Assembly (NCBI GenBank): GCA_963727625.1
Contig: CAVSHR010000008.1
Coordinates: 128,001 to 192,000 of the forward strand
From: an uncultured delta proteobacterium
GTDB lineage: Bacteria > Desulfobacterota > Binatia > UBA9968
Length of the DNA: 64,000 nucleotides
Direction: 5' to 3'
This document shows, piece after piece, positions 62,984-64,000 of this stretch. Made by a program: the position numbers and the translations under genes. Position 1 is the stretch's first letter; the number at the start of each line of letters is the position of its first letter. The notes under the pieces are model-generated. The model was not told the DNA's origin, ran no database searches, and saw only the letters and a list, made by a program, of their open reading frames with translations.

Positions 62984-64000
62984 ATGGCAAACCCTCCGCA
63001 CACCGGCGTCGAACTGCGCACAGAAGGGCCGCGGGACGGCGTGTTCAAACTCGCCATTGCGGGCCGGCTCGACTCCAGCACCACGGGCGGCATTTGGCGC
63101 CAAGCGACGGCTGCCGTCAGCGGCGTCAAGGTTCCAAATATCGTCGTCGACGCCAGCGCGATCAACTATTGCGACGGCGCCGGCATCGCTTTGCTCGTGC
63201 AACTGCGACGACTGAAAAGCGAAGCCGGCGGCACCCTGCAAATCGACGGTCTCCGTCCCGAGTTCGCCAAGCTGCTCAACGACAGCATGCCGCACTCGCA
63301 CGCCGAGGTTAACCGCGAGCAAACGCGCGGCGGGCTTGCGGAGGAGATCGGCGAGGCCACCGTCGAGCTGTGGCTCGACATTCACGCTCTCATCGGATTC
63401 GTCGGAGAACTAACCATGGGCTTGGCCTACGCCGTGGTCCATCCGCGCCGCGTGCGCTGGCGCGACGCCTTGCGGGTAGCCGAAGCGGCCGGCGTCAACG
63501 CCTTGCCCATCGTCGCGCTGGTCAGTTTCCTGATGGGCTTGATCATGGCTTTCCAGGCCGCCATTCCGTTGCGTCAATTTGGCGCGCAACTTTTCATCGC
63601 CAACTTGATCGGGCTCTCGATGCTGCGCGAGTTGGGCCCGCTGATGACCGCGATCATCTTGGCCGGCCGTTCAGGCTCCGCCTTCGCTGCCGAGATCGGC
63701 ACCATGAAGGTGCGCGAGGAAATCGACGCGCTCAAGACGATGGGGCTCGACCCGGTGCGCTTCCTGATCGTCACACGGGTGATCGCGGCGGTGTGTATGA
63801 CCCCGCTGCTGACCATCTTTGCCGATCTCTGCGGATTGATGGGCGGATCTGTCGTAATGCTATCGCTGGGCTTTCCCTTGATCACGTACTTTCACCAGCT
63901 CCAATACGCGGTGAGTTACGGTTCACTGGTGGGCGGCTTGGTTAAGGCGTTCAGCTTCGGCATTTTAGTCGCCGGCATCGGCTGCCTGCGCGGTTTGCAA
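62984..64000 (+). CDS. mlaE: MlaE-family ABC permease with N-terminal STAS domain (runs off the window)
   Basis: Read from DNA: AGRLDSST, YCDGAG, GVNALPIV, LRELGPLMTAIILAGRSGSAFAAEIGTMKVREEIDAL. Confidence 0.9.
   Translation, partial: MANPPHTGVELRTEGPRDGVFKLAIAGRLDSSTTGGIWRQATAAVSGVKVPNIVVDASAINYCDGAGIALLVQLRRLKSEAGGTLQIDGLRPEFAKLLNDSMPHSHAEVNREQTRGGLAEEIGEATVELWLDIHALIGFVGELTMGLAYAVVHPRRVRWRDALRVAEAAGVNALPIVALVSFLMGLIMAFQAAIPLRQFGAQLFIANLIGLSMLRELGPLMTAIILAGRSGSAFAAEIGTMKVREEIDALKTMGLDPVRFLIVTRVIAAVCMTPLLTIFADLCGLMGGSVVMLSLGFPLITYFHQLQYAVSYGSLVGGLVKAFSFGILVAGIGCLRGLQ

Noticed and set aside
62675-63945. 236-aa minus-strand and 191-aa plus-strand ORFs at the window end
   Set aside because: Shadows of the true mlaE frame starting at 62984, which the track omits because it has no stop in the window

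Overview
GC-rich bacterial chromosome segment. The gene order (argB-argD-argF-argG-argH-lipoprotein-lysA-dapF-dapA-dapB, alpha2-type glyQS) suggests a deltaproteobacterial-type lineage; this is inference. Layout: (1) 1-9796, arginine/lysine biosynthesis operon carrying two short (GTTCAANN)n arrays. (2) ~9800-32850, a partly AT-richer surface-glycosylation island with GT2/GT4/GT-C transferases, AsnB and many SAM methyltransferases. It includes a three-gene module (small YLDPGSGS membrane peptide, kinase-like/methyltransferase fusion, membrane sulfatase-fold protein) and a PrcB + subtilase pair with four 333-bp tandem repeats, and it ends near a decayed duplicate of the glyQS promoter and 5' end. 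(3) glyQS and a heterodimeric ABC exporter. (4) An ECF sigma/anti-sigma/DUF3106/DUF1800/DUF1501 operon with a recognisable ECF promoter. (5) A metal-uptake operon (outer-membrane barrel, Zn/Mn-type ABC, ZIP) preceded by a His/Cys-rich leader ORF ending in RGPP plus alternative RNA hairpins, a candidate metal-sensing ribosome-stalling attenuator. (6) Assorted metabolic and housekeeping genes, ending in a partial mlaE. Many single-base frameshifts, including in nth, point to sequencing error at least in part. No rRNA, tRNA, CRISPR array, integrase or transposase was recognised. All family calls are from motif recognition, not database searches.
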